Shown piece by piece: positions 9,766 through 20,199 of a stretch of DNA of 64,000 nucleotides. The stretch is taken from contig QCFW01000002.1 in NCBI GenBank assembly GCA_003280135.1, positions 40,594 through 104,593 of the forward strand, given 5' to 3'. The number at the start of each line of letters is the position of its first letter. Within the stretch, counting starts at the first letter, position 1. The stretch comes from Prochlorococcus sp. AG-363-N16 (lineage in GTDB: Bacteria > Cyanobacteriota > Cyanobacteriia > PCC-6307 > Cyanobiaceae). The translations under genes and the position numbers were made by a program. Below the pieces are notes generated by a model. It did no database searches. It was not told the DNA's origin and worked only from the letters and a program-made list of their open reading frames with translations.

Positions 9766-11301
9766 TTGATTAGGACCTCACTTTTTAAAAAAGTTGCTTT
9801 TTTGGGAGGCATGATATTTCTCACGCCTTTTTCAAATGACTTAAAGGCCAATATTGAACTACTGTCTAATCCTTCTACTCATCATGAAGTGGAAGCACCT
9901 AAATCAATTTTATTTTCAAAAAAGTTACTTGTCGGTTTAAAGCCATATCTTGGAAGCAATCTCATCAATGATTTTCCTTCTCAGACTCTAGAGCTAACGA
10001 GCGCTGGAAAACCTTTGATTTTGAAAGATTCATCAGGAATAGTTCATAAGTCTAGAAATATTAAAATTGGTTGGATAAAAGTTCCATTGAACTCGCCGAA
10101 ATATTTTTCAAGACAAGTTGTGGGACCTTTTGCAAGTTTTGAATCTGCACATACTTTCTCTAAAGCATTGAAATCTAAAGGAATCTTGAATGTTATTGCT
10201 CATCCTGCCGATTGGGAGGTTTGGATTCCTGATGGAACTACTCTTCCTTCTTCAATTCAGGCAAAGACCTTTGCTAAAAAACTTGATTATGAAATTAAGC
10301 CAACTTTAAAACTTCAATCAGAGGAATTTCTCTTATCAGGTCAGATTCAAATTAATGCACCAGATGGTTTGAATTGGAAAGGAGGTATTTATTCAGGTTT
10401 ATTTTTTTTGAAACCCGATGCTTACGGGACATGGACATTTATTGAAGAAGTTTCTATTGAAAAGTATTTACATGGTGTGATTCCGCATGAGATTGGCGCA
10501 TCATCACCTTTGCCAGCAAAAGCTGCACAGGCTGTATTAGCGAGAACTTGGGCTGTAGCCAATAGTTCACGCTTTGCTGTTGATGGATATCACTTATGTA
10601 GTGATACTCAATGTCAGGTTTATCGAGACCCTCAGAAAGCTGATTCTGAGGTTTTAACAGCAATAAAAACAACCGAGCACAAGATTCTTACTTGGGATGG
10701 GGAACCCATTCATGCTGTCTATCACGCTACTAACGGGGGGATAATGTCATCTGTAAATGAAGCATGGAATATGCAAAATTTGGTTTATTTTCGACCGATG
10801 TTGGATGGCTCAAAACGATGGAAGAAGAACTTTTCAATACCTTTTTATAGTAGTAATGATGTTACAAGGCTTTTGAATCGCAGAGATGGTGCTTATGGTA
10901 ACAACCATCATTTATTTAGATGGACTAGAAAGTTAAAGTCTTCTGAGTTAAGAAACTATCTACAGAGTCTTGACTTGGATCAAGAACTACCAACTCAACT
11001 AAAGGTTATTGAAAGAGGTCCTAGTGGACGTGTATTAGCTTTAGAAGTCTTTGGGGAAAAAGGGAAATCTTTAGTTGTTTTGCGTCGTGATTCAATTAGA
11101 AGAATCATTAAAAATTTGCCTAGCACACTGTTTATTATTAAAAAAATTGATCAAGGAGTTTGGGAATTTAAAGGAGGAGGATTTGGGCATGGAGTGGGTA
11201 TGTCTCAAGCTGGTGCAATTGACTTGGCCTTAAGAGGTTGGAGTACAACCAAGATTCTTCAGCATTATTACCCCGGTACAAGATATGAATCTTTTCGTTA
11301 G
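9766..11301 (+). CDS. SpoIID/LytB-domain protein (peptidoglycan remodelling), secreted
   Basis: 511 aa with an N-terminal signal-like segment and SpoIID hallmarks (YLHGVIPHEIG, ARTWAV, CSDTQCQVY, GHGVGMSQAGA). The track uses TTG at 9766; ATG at 9811 is an alternative start. Confidence 0.8.
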   Translation: MIRTSLFKKVAFLGGMIFLTPFSNDLKANIELLSNPSTHHEVEAPKSILFSKKLLVGLKPYLGSNLINDFPSQTLELTSAGKPLILKDSSGIVHKSRNIKIGWIKVPLNSPKYFSRQVVGPFASFESAHTFSKALKSKGILNVIAHPADWEVWIPDGTTLPSSIQAKTFAKKLDYEIKPTLKLQSEEFLLSGQIQINAPDGLNWKGGIYSGLFFLKPDAYGTWTFIEEVSIEKYLHGVIPHEIGASSPLPAKAAQAVLARTWAVANSSRFAVDGYHLCSDTQCQVYRDPQKADSEVLTAIKTTEHKILTWDGEPIHAVYHATNGGIMSSVNEAWNMQNLVYFRPMLDGSKRWKKNFSIPFYSSNDVTRLLNRRDGAYGNNHHLFRWTRKLKSSELRNYLQSLDLDQELPTQLKVIERGPSGRVLALEVFGEKGKSLVVLRRDSIRRIIKNLPSTLFIIKKIDQGVWEFKGGGFGHGVGMSQAGAIDLALRGWSTTKILQHYYPGTRYESFR

Positions 11302-11347
11302 TTATGAAAATAGAGTTTAGAGTCACTCGGTAAACGTCAGTTTTCTC

Positions 11348-12661
11348 ATGGCATTTCCTGCTTTTAGTGGAGAAAACCGAAGAAGTAAAGCACTAATCTT
11401 TTCAATGTGCTGTATTTTTGCTGGCGTTTTTCCGCATTTTCTTGACGAATCAATAGCTTTGATCCCAGCAATTGTAGTTGCTGTTTTATTAGGTGGATAT
11501 GGATTGAGAATTGTTTTAAAAGGAACTGAAGGGAATTTTGAACAATTTAAATTTAGTGAGTTGAATCTTCAAGAAGATTTATCTCTTCCTTCGATAGATG
11601 TTTTAGTTTCTGCAAGAGATGAAGAAAACGTTATATCAAGTCTTGTTAGGAGATTGTCGTCTATTGAATATCCCGAGGAATTATTAAATATAGTTATTAT
11701 AAATGATGGAAGTAAAGATAATACTGGTCCTTTGCTAAAAGAATTAATTACTTTTTTCCCTAAACTTAATGTTGTCAATCGTTTAAGAAATTCCGGTGGA
11801 GGTAAGTCTGGTGCGTTGAACTATGCATTAAGAAATCTCTCATCAGAATGGATATTTATTCTTGATGCTGATGCACAATTTAAAGAAGATATCTTATTGC
11901 GAGTGATACCTTATGCAGTTCAAAGAGATTGGTCTGCTGTTCAATTAAGAAAGGCAGTTATTAATTCAAATAATAATATTCTAACTCGTTGCCAGGCTAT
12001 GGAGATGGCAATGGATGCAGTCATTCAGGAAGGACGTTTAATGGCTGGAGGTATTGTTGAATTGAGAGGAAATGGACAGTTATTAAGGAGGAGTGTTTTG
12101 GATCAATGTGGTGGCTTTAATGAAGAAACAGTCACTGATGATCTTGACTTAAGTTTTCGTTTGTTAATTAGTGGTGTTTCTGTAGGAATACTTTGGAACC
12201 CTCCAGTTCAAGAAGAAGCAGTTGAAACTTTTCAAGCTTTATGGCATCAGCGTAAGAGATGGACTGAAGGAGGCTTACAGAGGTTTTTTGATTATTGGAA
12301 TTTTTTAATTTCTAAAAGATTATCACTTAGGAAAAGATTAGATCTTTTGTCATTTTTTCTTCTTCAATATGCATTACCAGTAGTTTCTTTTGTAGATTTA
12401 CTGATTTCGCTTCTATTTCATAGCTTTCCTCTTTATTGGCCTTTATCTTTTATAGCCTTTTCTGTATCGGGAGTTGCTTATTTTCGAGGTTGCATCAAAG
12501 ACGTTGAGGGTCCTGACATACCATTACCTAGACTTTTTAATTTATCTATAGCAATACTTTATTTATCTCACTGGTTTATTGTAATTCCTTGGATTACAGT
12601 TCGAATGGTTTTTCTTCCAAAAAAACTAGTTTGGTTAAAGACTATCCATAGTGGAAATTAA
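11348..12661 (+). CDS. Membrane-bound family-2 glycosyltransferase (processive-type; possibly the cyanobacterial monoglucosyl-DAG synthase class)
   Basis: 437 aa with N- and C-terminal TM segments. The GT2 core has INDGSKD, ILDADA and the Q-x-x-RW motif (HQRKRW). The specific lipid-synthase assignment is only a guess. Confidence 0.8.
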   Translation: MAFPAFSGENRRSKALIFSMCCIFAGVFPHFLDESIALIPAIVVAVLLGGYGLRIVLKGTEGNFEQFKFSELNLQEDLSLPSIDVLVSARDEENVISSLVRRLSSIEYPEELLNIVIINDGSKDNTGPLLKELITFFPKLNVVNRLRNSGGGKSGALNYALRNLSSEWIFILDADAQFKEDILLRVIPYAVQRDWSAVQLRKAVINSNNNILTRCQAMEMAMDAVIQEGRLMAGGIVELRGNGQLLRRSVLDQCGGFNEETVTDDLDLSFRLLISGVSVGILWNPPVQEEAVETFQALWHQRKRWTEGGLQRFFDYWNFLISKRLSLRKRLDLLSFFLLQYALPVVSFVDLLISLLFHSFPLYWPLSFIAFSVSGVAYFRGCIKDVEGPDIPLPRLFNLSIAILYLSHWFIVIPWITVRMVFLPKKLVWLKTIHSGN

Positions 12662-14364
12662 GGTTCAATTATTTCTCCATTAAAAAAATCAGCAAACTTT
12701 TTTGTCTTTTTATCTATATTTTCATGATTTAAACTTTTATCTATTTGATTAGAGTTCAGATTTTGATCGCTTGGATGTTCGATTGTTTTAGGATCTTTCT
12801 TATTAGTAGGAATACTTGTTTGTACTTTTAGATTTGAATCTTTTTTAGAGACTATCTGTTTTTCGGAATTTAAAATGATTTTTCTTGGAGTTCCTAGACA
12901 CTTTCCAATTGCTTCTTCTAAAATATTTTTTCTACTTTCAATCATTCCTATCCAATTTGATGTCACAGTAATTTCAGCAGTATTTTGGTTTAATTTGGTG
13001 AGCTTCGCTTGTTGTGTAAGAAGCATTTTTGTTGAAGGTAATTCAATCTTTGTTAGTAAGCTGTTCCATATGTCTTGTAAATTGTTAGTCTCTAAAATCT
13101 CAATTTCTGATGAATTTTTTGATATATCTTTCACTTGATTTGTTTCTATTTCCTTAGTCTTAGAGTTATTATTTTCTTCTAACTCTTTAGCACTCTTTTT
13201 TAGAGCTTTCCCAGAAAATTGATTTGATTCAAATGTATTTTTTCCACTTTTTATCATTGATTGTTTATTTCTATTTGAAAGCATTCCTAGCAATAACACT
13301 TCAAGCCACAATCTAGGTTGATAACTTTGTCTAATTTGACTTTCAGTACCCTTAAGATGATATTGCCAATCTAAAATCTTTTCTTTATTAGTTGAATCAC
13401 TGATTTCCTTGAGAAAAGGATGCAGATCTTCCGAAATACTGCATAATTCTGGCTCATTAGGTGCTGATTTTTTTATGAGTAAATCTCTTAATATCATTGT
13501 TAAACCTTCCAGAATTGCAATAGGCTCATTGCCATTATCTATTAAATTACGGCAAATTTTTACAACGAGAATAGGGTCTTCTTTTGTTAACGCGGATGCC
13601 AATGATATTAATTCTTTTTCAGGAACTTCCCCTAACATTGACCATACTGACTTTGCTTCTATTGGTTGTGGAAGAAGGCTTAATTGATCTAACATTCTTT
13701 GTGCGTCTCTTAGCCCTCCTTGAGATCTACTTGCAATTAAATTTAGTGCTTCTTTATTTATATTGATTTTTTCATTTATGGATATTTCTTGTAGATTTCT
13801 TTTTAAAAACTCCAAGGATATTCTACGAAAATCAAACCGTTGACATCTACTAATAATTGTAGGAAGTAGTCGTTGTGGGTCCGTTGTTGCTAAAACAAAA
13901 ACACTTTTTGCTGAAGGTTCTTCTAAGGTTTTTAGCAATGCATTAAATGCTGCAGTAGAAAGCATATGACATTCATCTACTACATAAACTTTCCACCTAG
14001 ATTGAACAGGTGCAAATTTCGATTTTTCTATAAGGTCTCTAATATTATCAACACCTGTATTTGAAGCAGCATCAATTTCAATTACATCTAAAGCTGTTCC
14101 ATTTGATATTGCATTGCATGTTTCGCATTGTTGGCATGGTTCAATTGTTGCTTGTTGATAATTGAGGCAATTTAACGATCTAGCAAGGATTCTTGCGCTA
14201 GATGTTTTTCCTGTTCCTCGAGGACCACAAAATAAATAGGCTGGTGCAATTCTGTTTGTAATGATTGCTTGCTTTAATGTTTTTACAATCATTTCTTGAC
14301 CTATTAGGTCATCAAATTTAGTTGGGCGATATTTATGATGTAGTGGCTGATATGCATTTTTCAT
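12658..14364 (-). CDS. dnaX: DNA polymerase III subunit gamma/tau
   Basis: 568 aa with Walker A GPRGTGKTSSARI, a zinc module CQQCETC and the VDECHML box. See the finding on a possible -1 frameshift site. Confidence 0.93.
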   Translation of the reverse strand: MKNAYQPLHHKYRPTKFDDLIGQEMIVKTLKQAIITNRIAPAYLFCGPRGTGKTSSARILARSLNCLNYQQATIEPCQQCETCNAISNGTALDVIEIDAASNTGVDNIRDLIEKSKFAPVQSRWKVYVVDECHMLSTAAFNALLKTLEEPSAKSVFVLATTDPQRLLPTIISRCQRFDFRRISLEFLKRNLQEISINEKININKEALNLIASRSQGGLRDAQRMLDQLSLLPQPIEAKSVWSMLGEVPEKELISLASALTKEDPILVVKICRNLIDNGNEPIAILEGLTMILRDLLIKKSAPNEPELCSISEDLHPFLKEISDSTNKEKILDWQYHLKGTESQIRQSYQPRLWLEVLLLGMLSNRNKQSMIKSGKNTFESNQFSGKALKKSAKELEENNNSKTKEIETNQVKDISKNSSEIEILETNNLQDIWNSLLTKIELPSTKMLLTQQAKLTKLNQNTAEITVTSNWIGMIESRKNILEEAIGKCLGTPRKIILNSEKQIVSKKDSNLKVQTSIPTNKKDPKTIEHPSDQNLNSNQIDKSLNHENIDKKTKKFADFFNGEIIEP

Positions 14365-14439
14365 TAGATTTTGTTTATTTAACTAAATGCTTATTTTGGA
14401 AAAAGAAGTCTTACTTTCTTTGTAATTCATTCGTGTTAT

Positions 14440-15801
14440 TTACGCAGATTCTTTTTCTTTTACTGTTTCTTTAGAAGGAAGTGGAAGGACTTTACTTCCT
14501 GTAATCATCTCTTCAACCATTTTTTTAGTTACTGTACAGCTTTTAACATTTTCATCAGAAGGTAGCGTATACATTAAGTCAAGCATAATTTCTTCAACAA
14601 TTCCTCTCAAAGCTCGAGCACCAGTTTTTCTTCTAAAAGCTTCTTTTGCAATTTCTGAAATAGCATTTTCATTGAATTCAAGCTTTACATTATCCATACT
14701 CATTAGTGTACGAAATTGTTTTACAACAGCATCTCTCGGCTCTTTTAGAATTGCTTCTAATGCTTCACAATTTAAAGGTTCTAATACTGCACTAACAGGC
14801 ATTCTTCCAATAAATTCTGGAATAAGACCATATTTCACTAAGTCGTCGGGTTCTAAGTGATTTAAAGTTTCATTGATTGCGAGATTACGAGTGGCTTTAT
14901 TCTTACCTTGATTGTCAGTTTGCATAAATCCAATACTATTTTTCCCCAGTCTTTTTTGAACAATATCCTCTAATCCAACAAAGGCACCGCCACATATAAA
15001 TAATATTTGACTGGTATCTATTTGAATACAATCATGATAAGGATGTTTTCTTCCTCCTTGAGGTGGAACATTAGCGATTGTTCCTTCTAGCATTTTTAAT
15101 AATGCTTGTTGGACGCCTTCGCCAGAAACATCTCTTGTGATTGATGGATTTTCACTTTTCCGGGCAATTTTATCTATTTCATCAATGTATATAATTCCTC
15201 TTTGAGCAACTTCAACGTCCATATCTGATTTTTGTAAAAGACGAAGAAGTATATTTTCAACATCTTCCCCTACATACCCTGCTTCAGTAAGAGTAGTTGC
15301 ATCTGCGACCGCAAATGGTACATCTAACATTTCTGCAAGTGTTTGAGCTAAAAGAGTTTTTCCGCTTCCAGTAGGTCCTACTAAAAGAATATTAGATTTA
15401 TGCAGTTTAGTACTTGTGATATCTTGTTCCTTTGAATTATCTCCTTTCCAGGCAAGTCTTTTGTAATGGTTATATACGGCAACTGAAAGAATTTTCTTTG
15501 CAGCGTCTTGTCCAACTACTTGCTTGTCTAAAAAATCTTTAATATCAATTGGTTTCGGGATTGAAGCTAAGGTAGGAGCTGGTTTAGAGGATTTTTTCCC
15601 TGAGGAGTTGGAGTTCAGACTCGGTTCACTATTTGCTCTTGTTTTTCCTTGTGCATCTATGAGTTCTTCATCAAGGATTTCATTACATAAATCTATGCAT
15701 TCATCACAAATGTAAACTCCTGGACCAGCAATTAGTTTTCTGACTTGCTCTTGAGATTTACCACAAAAAGAGCACTTCAAATGGGCTTCGAACTTTGCCA
15801 T
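14440..15801 (-). CDS. clpX: ATP-dependent Clp protease ATP-binding subunit ClpX
   Basis: N-terminal zinc finger CSFCGK...CDEC, Walker A GPTGSGKT and the IYIDEIDK box. Located downstream of clpP. Confidence 0.97.
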   Translation of the reverse strand: MAKFEAHLKCSFCGKSQEQVRKLIAGPGVYICDECIDLCNEILDEELIDAQGKTRANSEPSLNSNSSGKKSSKPAPTLASIPKPIDIKDFLDKQVVGQDAAKKILSVAVYNHYKRLAWKGDNSKEQDITSTKLHKSNILLVGPTGSGKTLLAQTLAEMLDVPFAVADATTLTEAGYVGEDVENILLRLLQKSDMDVEVAQRGIIYIDEIDKIARKSENPSITRDVSGEGVQQALLKMLEGTIANVPPQGGRKHPYHDCIQIDTSQILFICGGAFVGLEDIVQKRLGKNSIGFMQTDNQGKNKATRNLAINETLNHLEPDDLVKYGLIPEFIGRMPVSAVLEPLNCEALEAILKEPRDAVVKQFRTLMSMDNVKLEFNENAISEIAKEAFRRKTGARALRGIVEEIMLDLMYTLPSDENVKSCTVTKKMVEEMITGSKVLPLPSKETVKEKESA

Positions 15802-15913
15802 CTTGATTCAAGCAATGCCTAGTGAGTTAAAGGATCTGACAAGTAATATGCAGCCCCTATATATAGGATCGTTCGTAAATGCTGCTTCGTCAGCTTTCCT
15901 TAACGATTCCTAT

Positions 15914-16501
15914 TTAGTTCGTGGCTGAAATTATTTTGTCTATCAGGCCGTATTCAACCGCTTCTTGCGGGGAAAGGAAGTGGTCTCTGTCAGTGTCTTC
16001 TGAAATTTTATTAATTGGTTGACCTGTATGTTCTGCTAGGAGTTCATTTAAAGTTTCTTTCAAGAATAAAATTTCTTTAGCTTGAATCTCTATTTCGACT
16101 GCCTGTCCTTGCGCTCCGCCAAGTGGCTGATGAATCATAATTCTGGAATTAGGTAAAGCAAGTCTTTTCCCTTTTGCCCCACCTGCCAATAAAAAAGCAC
16201 CCATACTTGCAGCGAGGCCATAGCAAATTGTCACCACATCAGGATTGACTTGTTGAATTGTGTCGTAGATTGCTAATCCTGCTGTTACTGAACCTCCGGG
16301 AGAATTTATATATAATTGAATATCTTTTTCTGGATCTTCGGCCTCCAAAAAAAGCATTTGAGCAACTAATGCATCAGCTACTTGATCATTAACATCAGTT
16401 CCAAGAAAAATAATTCTTTCTCTCAGTAGACGCGAATAAATATCAAATGCTCTATCACCTTTACCAGATTGTTCTACAACAGTAGGTAGAACTCCATTCA
16501 T
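15914..16501 (-). CDS. clpP: ATP-dependent Clp protease proteolytic subunit
   Basis: [17 protein letters not shown], active-site GLAASMGA and MIHQP. I prefer ATG 16501 ([11 protein letters not shown]...). The ORF stays open to 16564. Confidence 0.93.
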   Translation of the reverse strand: MNGVLPTVVEQSGKGDRAFDIYSRLLRERIIFLGTDVNDQVADALVAQMLFLEAEDPEKDIQLYINSPGGSVTAGLAIYDTIQQVNPDVVTICYGLAASMGAFLLAGGAKGKRLALPNSRIMIHQPLGGAQGQAVEIEIQAKEILFLKETLNELLAEHTGQPINKISEDTDRDHFLSPQEAVEYGLIDKIISATN

Positions 16502-16625
16502 TGAGAAAGGGTATGACCCTTTCCAGTGATTTTTGATTGGATGGTGGCAGTCAGCTTGGATCACACGAAGAGTTTAAAAATTTGTTCTTACAATCTAAAA
16601 GATTAGTTAACTAAATTGGGATATT

Positions 16626-18014
16626 TCAAGTAGATTTGTCTGTTTTTGTCTTTTCTCCTTTTGCTTTAGAACTTTTTGAGGGCGTAGCTTTTTTGGGCTT
16701 TGTTTTTTCAATTACATTATTATTTTCTTCTAGCCATTTAAATACTTTCTTTTCCAGTAAATCAGACATTACAGCTTCTTTTAATTTATCTTGGTCAATA
16801 TTCTTTTCTTTTTCGAATTGTTTCTTAACTTCAGTTAGCTTTTCTTTTAGTTCAGCATCATCAACTTCGATACTTTCTTGCTCTGCTAAAGCACTGATTG
16901 CAAATTGTTTTTTCAGATTAGACTCAGCCTCAGGTTTAGAAGACTCCATTAGTTTATTAACTAAGTCTGGAGTAAAAGTTGACTTCACATCAATGCCCTG
17001 CTGAGCAAAAGTTCTTGCAGTTTGCTCGATTATATTTCTTATTTCAATATCAATTAGTGTTTTTGGGAGTTCTATTTCTAATTCATTAACAATAGAGTTC
17101 AATAATGCATCTTGTTTATTTTTTTCATTTTGAAGTTTATTCTCTTCTTTTAAACGCTCTTCTAAATCATTCTTTAATTCATCCATTGTTGCTTTGTCAC
17201 TTGTTTGTTTCGCGAAAGAATCATCGAGCTTTGGAAGTTCTCTTGTTTTTAATTCTTTTAACGTGATTTCAAAATCAGCTTTTCTACCTTGAGCTTTTTC
17301 TTGAGAATAGTCTTTTGGGAAAGAGCATTGAATTATCTTTGTTTCTCCTATTTTCATATCAATAACTCCTTCAATAAAACCCGGTATCATTTGTCCTTCA
17401 ATTAGCTCAACGTCCATCGAATCGCTACTACCTCCTTCTATGAGACTTTTGTCATCATTAAATGTGCCTTTAAAACTTAAGACAGCTATATCGCCTTTTT
17501 TCGCATTTCTTGTTTCAATTGGTACTAGCGTTGCAAGTTGTTTTTGGGATTTTTCAATTATTTCATCAACTCTTTTGGGATCAAAAGATATCTTCTCTAC
17601 TTCGGCATTTAGACCTTTAGTAACTTTTAATTTGGGTGTTGGAGGGATATCAGTTTCAAATGTGATTGAAAGATTTTTATTTGGATCAAAATTTTCTAAA
17701 ACTTTTTCAAACCCCCCCACTAATACCGGTTCTGAAAGAGCTGTTATAGATTCCTGTTTTTTAATTTGATTCCAAGTGGAACCCAAAAGTTTTTCTAATG
17801 CTGAGGCTTGGATTCTTTTGTGGCCTAATTGTTGAACTAGAACTGTTTTAGGAACTTTTCCTTTTCTAAAGCCTGGCAAACTTGCTGATCTGCTTAGTTG
17901 TGACAGAGTCTCTTCATAACTGGATTTGCATTGATTGGCGGGAATTGCTAATTCAACTGCCAATCGACTGCCAGGCAGATTATTGGTTGTAACGTTTAAT
18001 TTTGAGGAACTCAT
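16626..18014 (-). CDS. tig: Trigger factor
   Basis: 462 aa with the ribosome-binding GFRKGKVP motif and a central FKBP-like domain, upstream of clpP-clpX. It carries a Lys-rich C-terminal tail. Confidence 0.93.
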   Translation of the reverse strand: MSSSKLNVTTNNLPGSRLAVELAIPANQCKSSYEETLSQLSRSASLPGFRKGKVPKTVLVQQLGHKRIQASALEKLLGSTWNQIKKQESITALSEPVLVGGFEKVLENFDPNKNLSITFETDIPPTPKLKVTKGLNAEVEKISFDPKRVDEIIEKSQKQLATLVPIETRNAKKGDIAVLSFKGTFNDDKSLIEGGSSDSMDVELIEGQMIPGFIEGVIDMKIGETKIIQCSFPKDYSQEKAQGRKADFEITLKELKTRELPKLDDSFAKQTSDKATMDELKNDLEERLKEENKLQNEKNKQDALLNSIVNELEIELPKTLIDIEIRNIIEQTARTFAQQGIDVKSTFTPDLVNKLMESSKPEAESNLKKQFAISALAEQESIEVDDAELKEKLTEVKKQFEKEKNIDQDKLKEAVMSDLLEKKVFKWLEENNNVIEKTKPKKATPSKSSKAKGEKTKTDKST

Positions 18015-18179
18015 TGGATATGCATGGAATGAACGCTCTTAGCGCAGTACATTAAGAAACAGTTAGTCAAACTAACAAAACTTTCTGTTCCTTTATAGAT
18101 TTTTTGGTAATCCTTGACTGGATTGTTTTTAAGCGATTGCTCTTTTTTACCAAAAACAAGTTTTTTTCTCCTGTTTGAT

Positions 18180-19211
18180 TTGTCTTTTACTAACTGTTTA
18201 CCCCCCAGGCCTTTAAATATAGCTGTACTCGGTGCAAGTGGTGCAGTAGGTAGGGAGCTGATTGAACTCTTGGAAACTCGATCATTTCCTATCAATGAAT
18301 TAAGACTGTTATCATCTGCTCGTTCCTCGGGAATGAAGCAAGCTTGGAAGGGCAAGGATTTAACCATTCGTGAAGTGAAGTCTGAAGAATTTCGCAATAT
18401 TGATTTGGTATTTGCTTCAGCAGGAGGTTCCGTCTCAAAACAATGGAAAAAAGATATTAATTTTCATGGAGCATTAATGATTGATAATTCAAGTGCTTTT
18501 CGGATGGATCCGGATGTTCCTTTAGTTGTTCCTGAAGTCAACCCTAAAGAAGCTTTTACGCATAAAGGAATTATTGCAAACCCAAATTGCACGACAATTT
18601 TATTGACAGTTGTTTTATCTCCTTTGGCTTCATTAGTCCCAATCAAGAGAGTTGTTGTTTCTACATATCAATCTGCTAGTGGAGCTGGTGCAAAGGCAAT
18701 GGAAGAGTTAAAGCAATTAAGCAATGAAGTATTAAAAGGGAAGATTCCGAAAAGTAAAATTTTGCCATATTCACTTGCATTCAATCTTTTTCTTCATAAT
18801 TCACCTTTGCAAGAAAATAATTATTGTGAAGAGGAAATGAAAATGGTAAATGAGACAAAAAAAATAATGGCTTTGCCAGATTTGTCTTTAACTGCAACTT
18901 GTGTTCGCGTTCCTGTTTTAAGAGCTCATTCTGAGGCTGTAAATATTGAATTTTCAGAGCCTTATTCAGTGGAACATGCTCGACAAGCTCTTCAAGCTGC
19001 TCAAGGGATTGAATTACTGGAGCAAATTGAGGAAAATAGATTTCCTATGCCTAATGATGTGACTGGTAAAGATAACGTTGCTGTTGGTAGGATTCGCCAA
19101 GATATTAGTCATGCAAATTGCCTGGAATTATGGCTTTGTGGTGATCAAATACGCAAAGGTGCTGCTTTGAATGCAATACAAATTGCTGAACTTTTATTAC
19201 CTGTCTTATGA
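18180..19211 (+). CDS. asd: Aspartate-semialdehyde dehydrogenase
   Basis: [14 protein letters not shown] Rossmann motif and active-site NPNCTT. I place the start at in-frame TTG 18180. The track ORF from 18114 adds an implausible hydrophobic extension. The exact start is uncertain. Confidence 0.92.
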   Translation: MSFTNCLPPRPLNIAVLGASGAVGRELIELLETRSFPINELRLLSSARSSGMKQAWKGKDLTIREVKSEEFRNIDLVFASAGGSVSKQWKKDINFHGALMIDNSSAFRMDPDVPLVVPEVNPKEAFTHKGIIANPNCTTILLTVVLSPLASLVPIKRVVVSTYQSASGAGAKAMEELKQLSNEVLKGKIPKSKILPYSLAFNLFLHNSPLQENNYCEEEMKMVNETKKIMALPDLSLTATCVRVPVLRAHSEAVNIEFSEPYSVEHARQALQAAQGIELLEQIEENRFPMPNDVTGKDNVAVGRIRQDISHANCLELWLCGDQIRKGAALNAIQIAELLLPVL

Positions 19212-20119
19212 GTTCATTAGCTCACTTATCTCCAACACCTTTTGGCCGTTTGGTAACTGCTATGGTCACTCCATTCGATACAGAAGGTAATGTGGACCTT
19301 GCTTTGGCTGGAAGGCTTGCAAGGTATTTAGTAGATGAAGGCTCTGAAGGAATTGTTGTTTGTGGAACGACAGGAGAGTCTCCAACTCTGAGTTGGACTG
19401 AACAATATCAATTACTTGAAACTGTAAAAAATGTTGTTGGTAGTAAAGTTAAAGTTCTAGCAGGCACAGGCAGTAACAGCACCTCAGAAGCAGTGGAAGC
19501 CACAGCAAAAGCAGCCGAAACAGGAGCGGATGGTGCTTTAGTTGTTGTTCCTTATTACAATAAACCTCCTCAGGAGGGCCTGCTAGCACATTTTCAAGCT
19601 GTAGCTAATTCTGCGCCAGAATTACCTTTAATGCTTTATAACATTCCTGGAAGGACAGGTTGTTCATTATTTCCCACTACAGTTTCACAACTTCTTCCTA
19701 AGTGTAAGAATATTGTTAGTTTCAAAGCTGCTAGTGGCAGCATTAGTGAAGTTACAGCTTTACGAATGGAATGCGGTTCTGATTTTGCTGTCTATAGCGG
19801 TGATGACGGATTGCTATTACCAATGTTATCTGTAGGAGCTGTAGGTGTAGTAAGTGTTGCAAGTCATATTGCTGGACGTCGCATGAAAAAAATGATTGAT
19901 GCTTTTTTTGATGGCCAAATTGCTCAAGCCCTTTTTTATCATGAACAACTGCAACCTCTGTTTAAAGCTTTATTTGCAACAACAAATCCTATTCCTGTAA
20001 AAGCAGCTTTGCAGATTCTTGGATGGGACGTTGGGCCACCTAGAAGTCCATTAATTTCTCTAAAAAAGGAAATGAAAGAAGACTTGATAGATATAATTAA
20101 TTCATTGCGACAAATTTAA
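19208..20119 (+). CDS. dapA: 4-hydroxy-tetrahydrodipicolinate synthase
   Basis: 303 aa with [10 protein letters not shown] and YNIPGRTG motifs. There is an ATGA overlap with the asd stop. Confidence 0.95.
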   Translation: MSSLAHLSPTPFGRLVTAMVTPFDTEGNVDLALAGRLARYLVDEGSEGIVVCGTTGESPTLSWTEQYQLLETVKNVVGSKVKVLAGTGSNSTSEAVEATAKAAETGADGALVVVPYYNKPPQEGLLAHFQAVANSAPELPLMLYNIPGRTGCSLFPTTVSQLLPKCKNIVSFKAASGSISEVTALRMECGSDFAVYSGDDGLLLPMLSVGAVGVVSVASHIAGRRMKKMIDAFFDGQIAQALFYHEQLQPLFKALFATTNPIPVKAALQILGWDVGPPRSPLISLKKEMKEDLIDIINSLRQI

Positions 20120-20199
20120 TAAAAAAAAGCTTTTTTGATATTGGCTTTAATCGATCATTTGTCTTTCAAAACGAGTTAGCTCTTTTTCATACTATTCCT

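Noticed and set aside
12697-12703. A second in-phase A AAA AAG heptamer near the dnaX C-terminus, plus an in-phase A AAA AAA at 13468-13474.
   Set aside because: The first is 14 codons from the natural stop, so a shift there would be functionally irrelevant. The second falls inside domain III. They are recorded mainly as evidence that slippery runs arise by chance in this AT-rich gene, which tempers the dnaX finding.
16636-17769. Long plus-strand ORFs (122 aa and 109 aa) antisense to tig. Similar antisense ORFs lie inside other genes: 486-671, 5772-5954, 6772-7032, 12875-13138, 13409-13766, 23767-24072, 28129-28911, 31654-31908, 35842-36135, 38336-38783, 38901-39376, 41236-41717, 52563-52890 and 63244-63483.
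   Set aside because: All lie wholly inside strongly supported genes on the opposite strand. Their compositions are low-complexity and rich in Ser, Phe and Leu, typical of shadow frames of Lys/Glu-rich AT-biased genes.
18011-18397. 128-aa minus-strand ORF whose stop overlaps the tig ATG (ATGA), which at first looked like a coupled upstream gene.
   Set aside because: More than half of it is antisense to the conserved N-terminus of asd. The part lying in the tig-asd spacer has no ATG until 13 codons from the end. It has no recognisable family and its composition looks non-protein-like. Most likely it is an open shadow frame plus the promoter region.
20123-20136. Palindrome AAAAAAGCTTTTTT just after dapA.
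   Set aside because: It has no loop and is an A/T homopolymer palindrome. It is expected by chance in AT-rich spacers and is not a credible terminator or operator.
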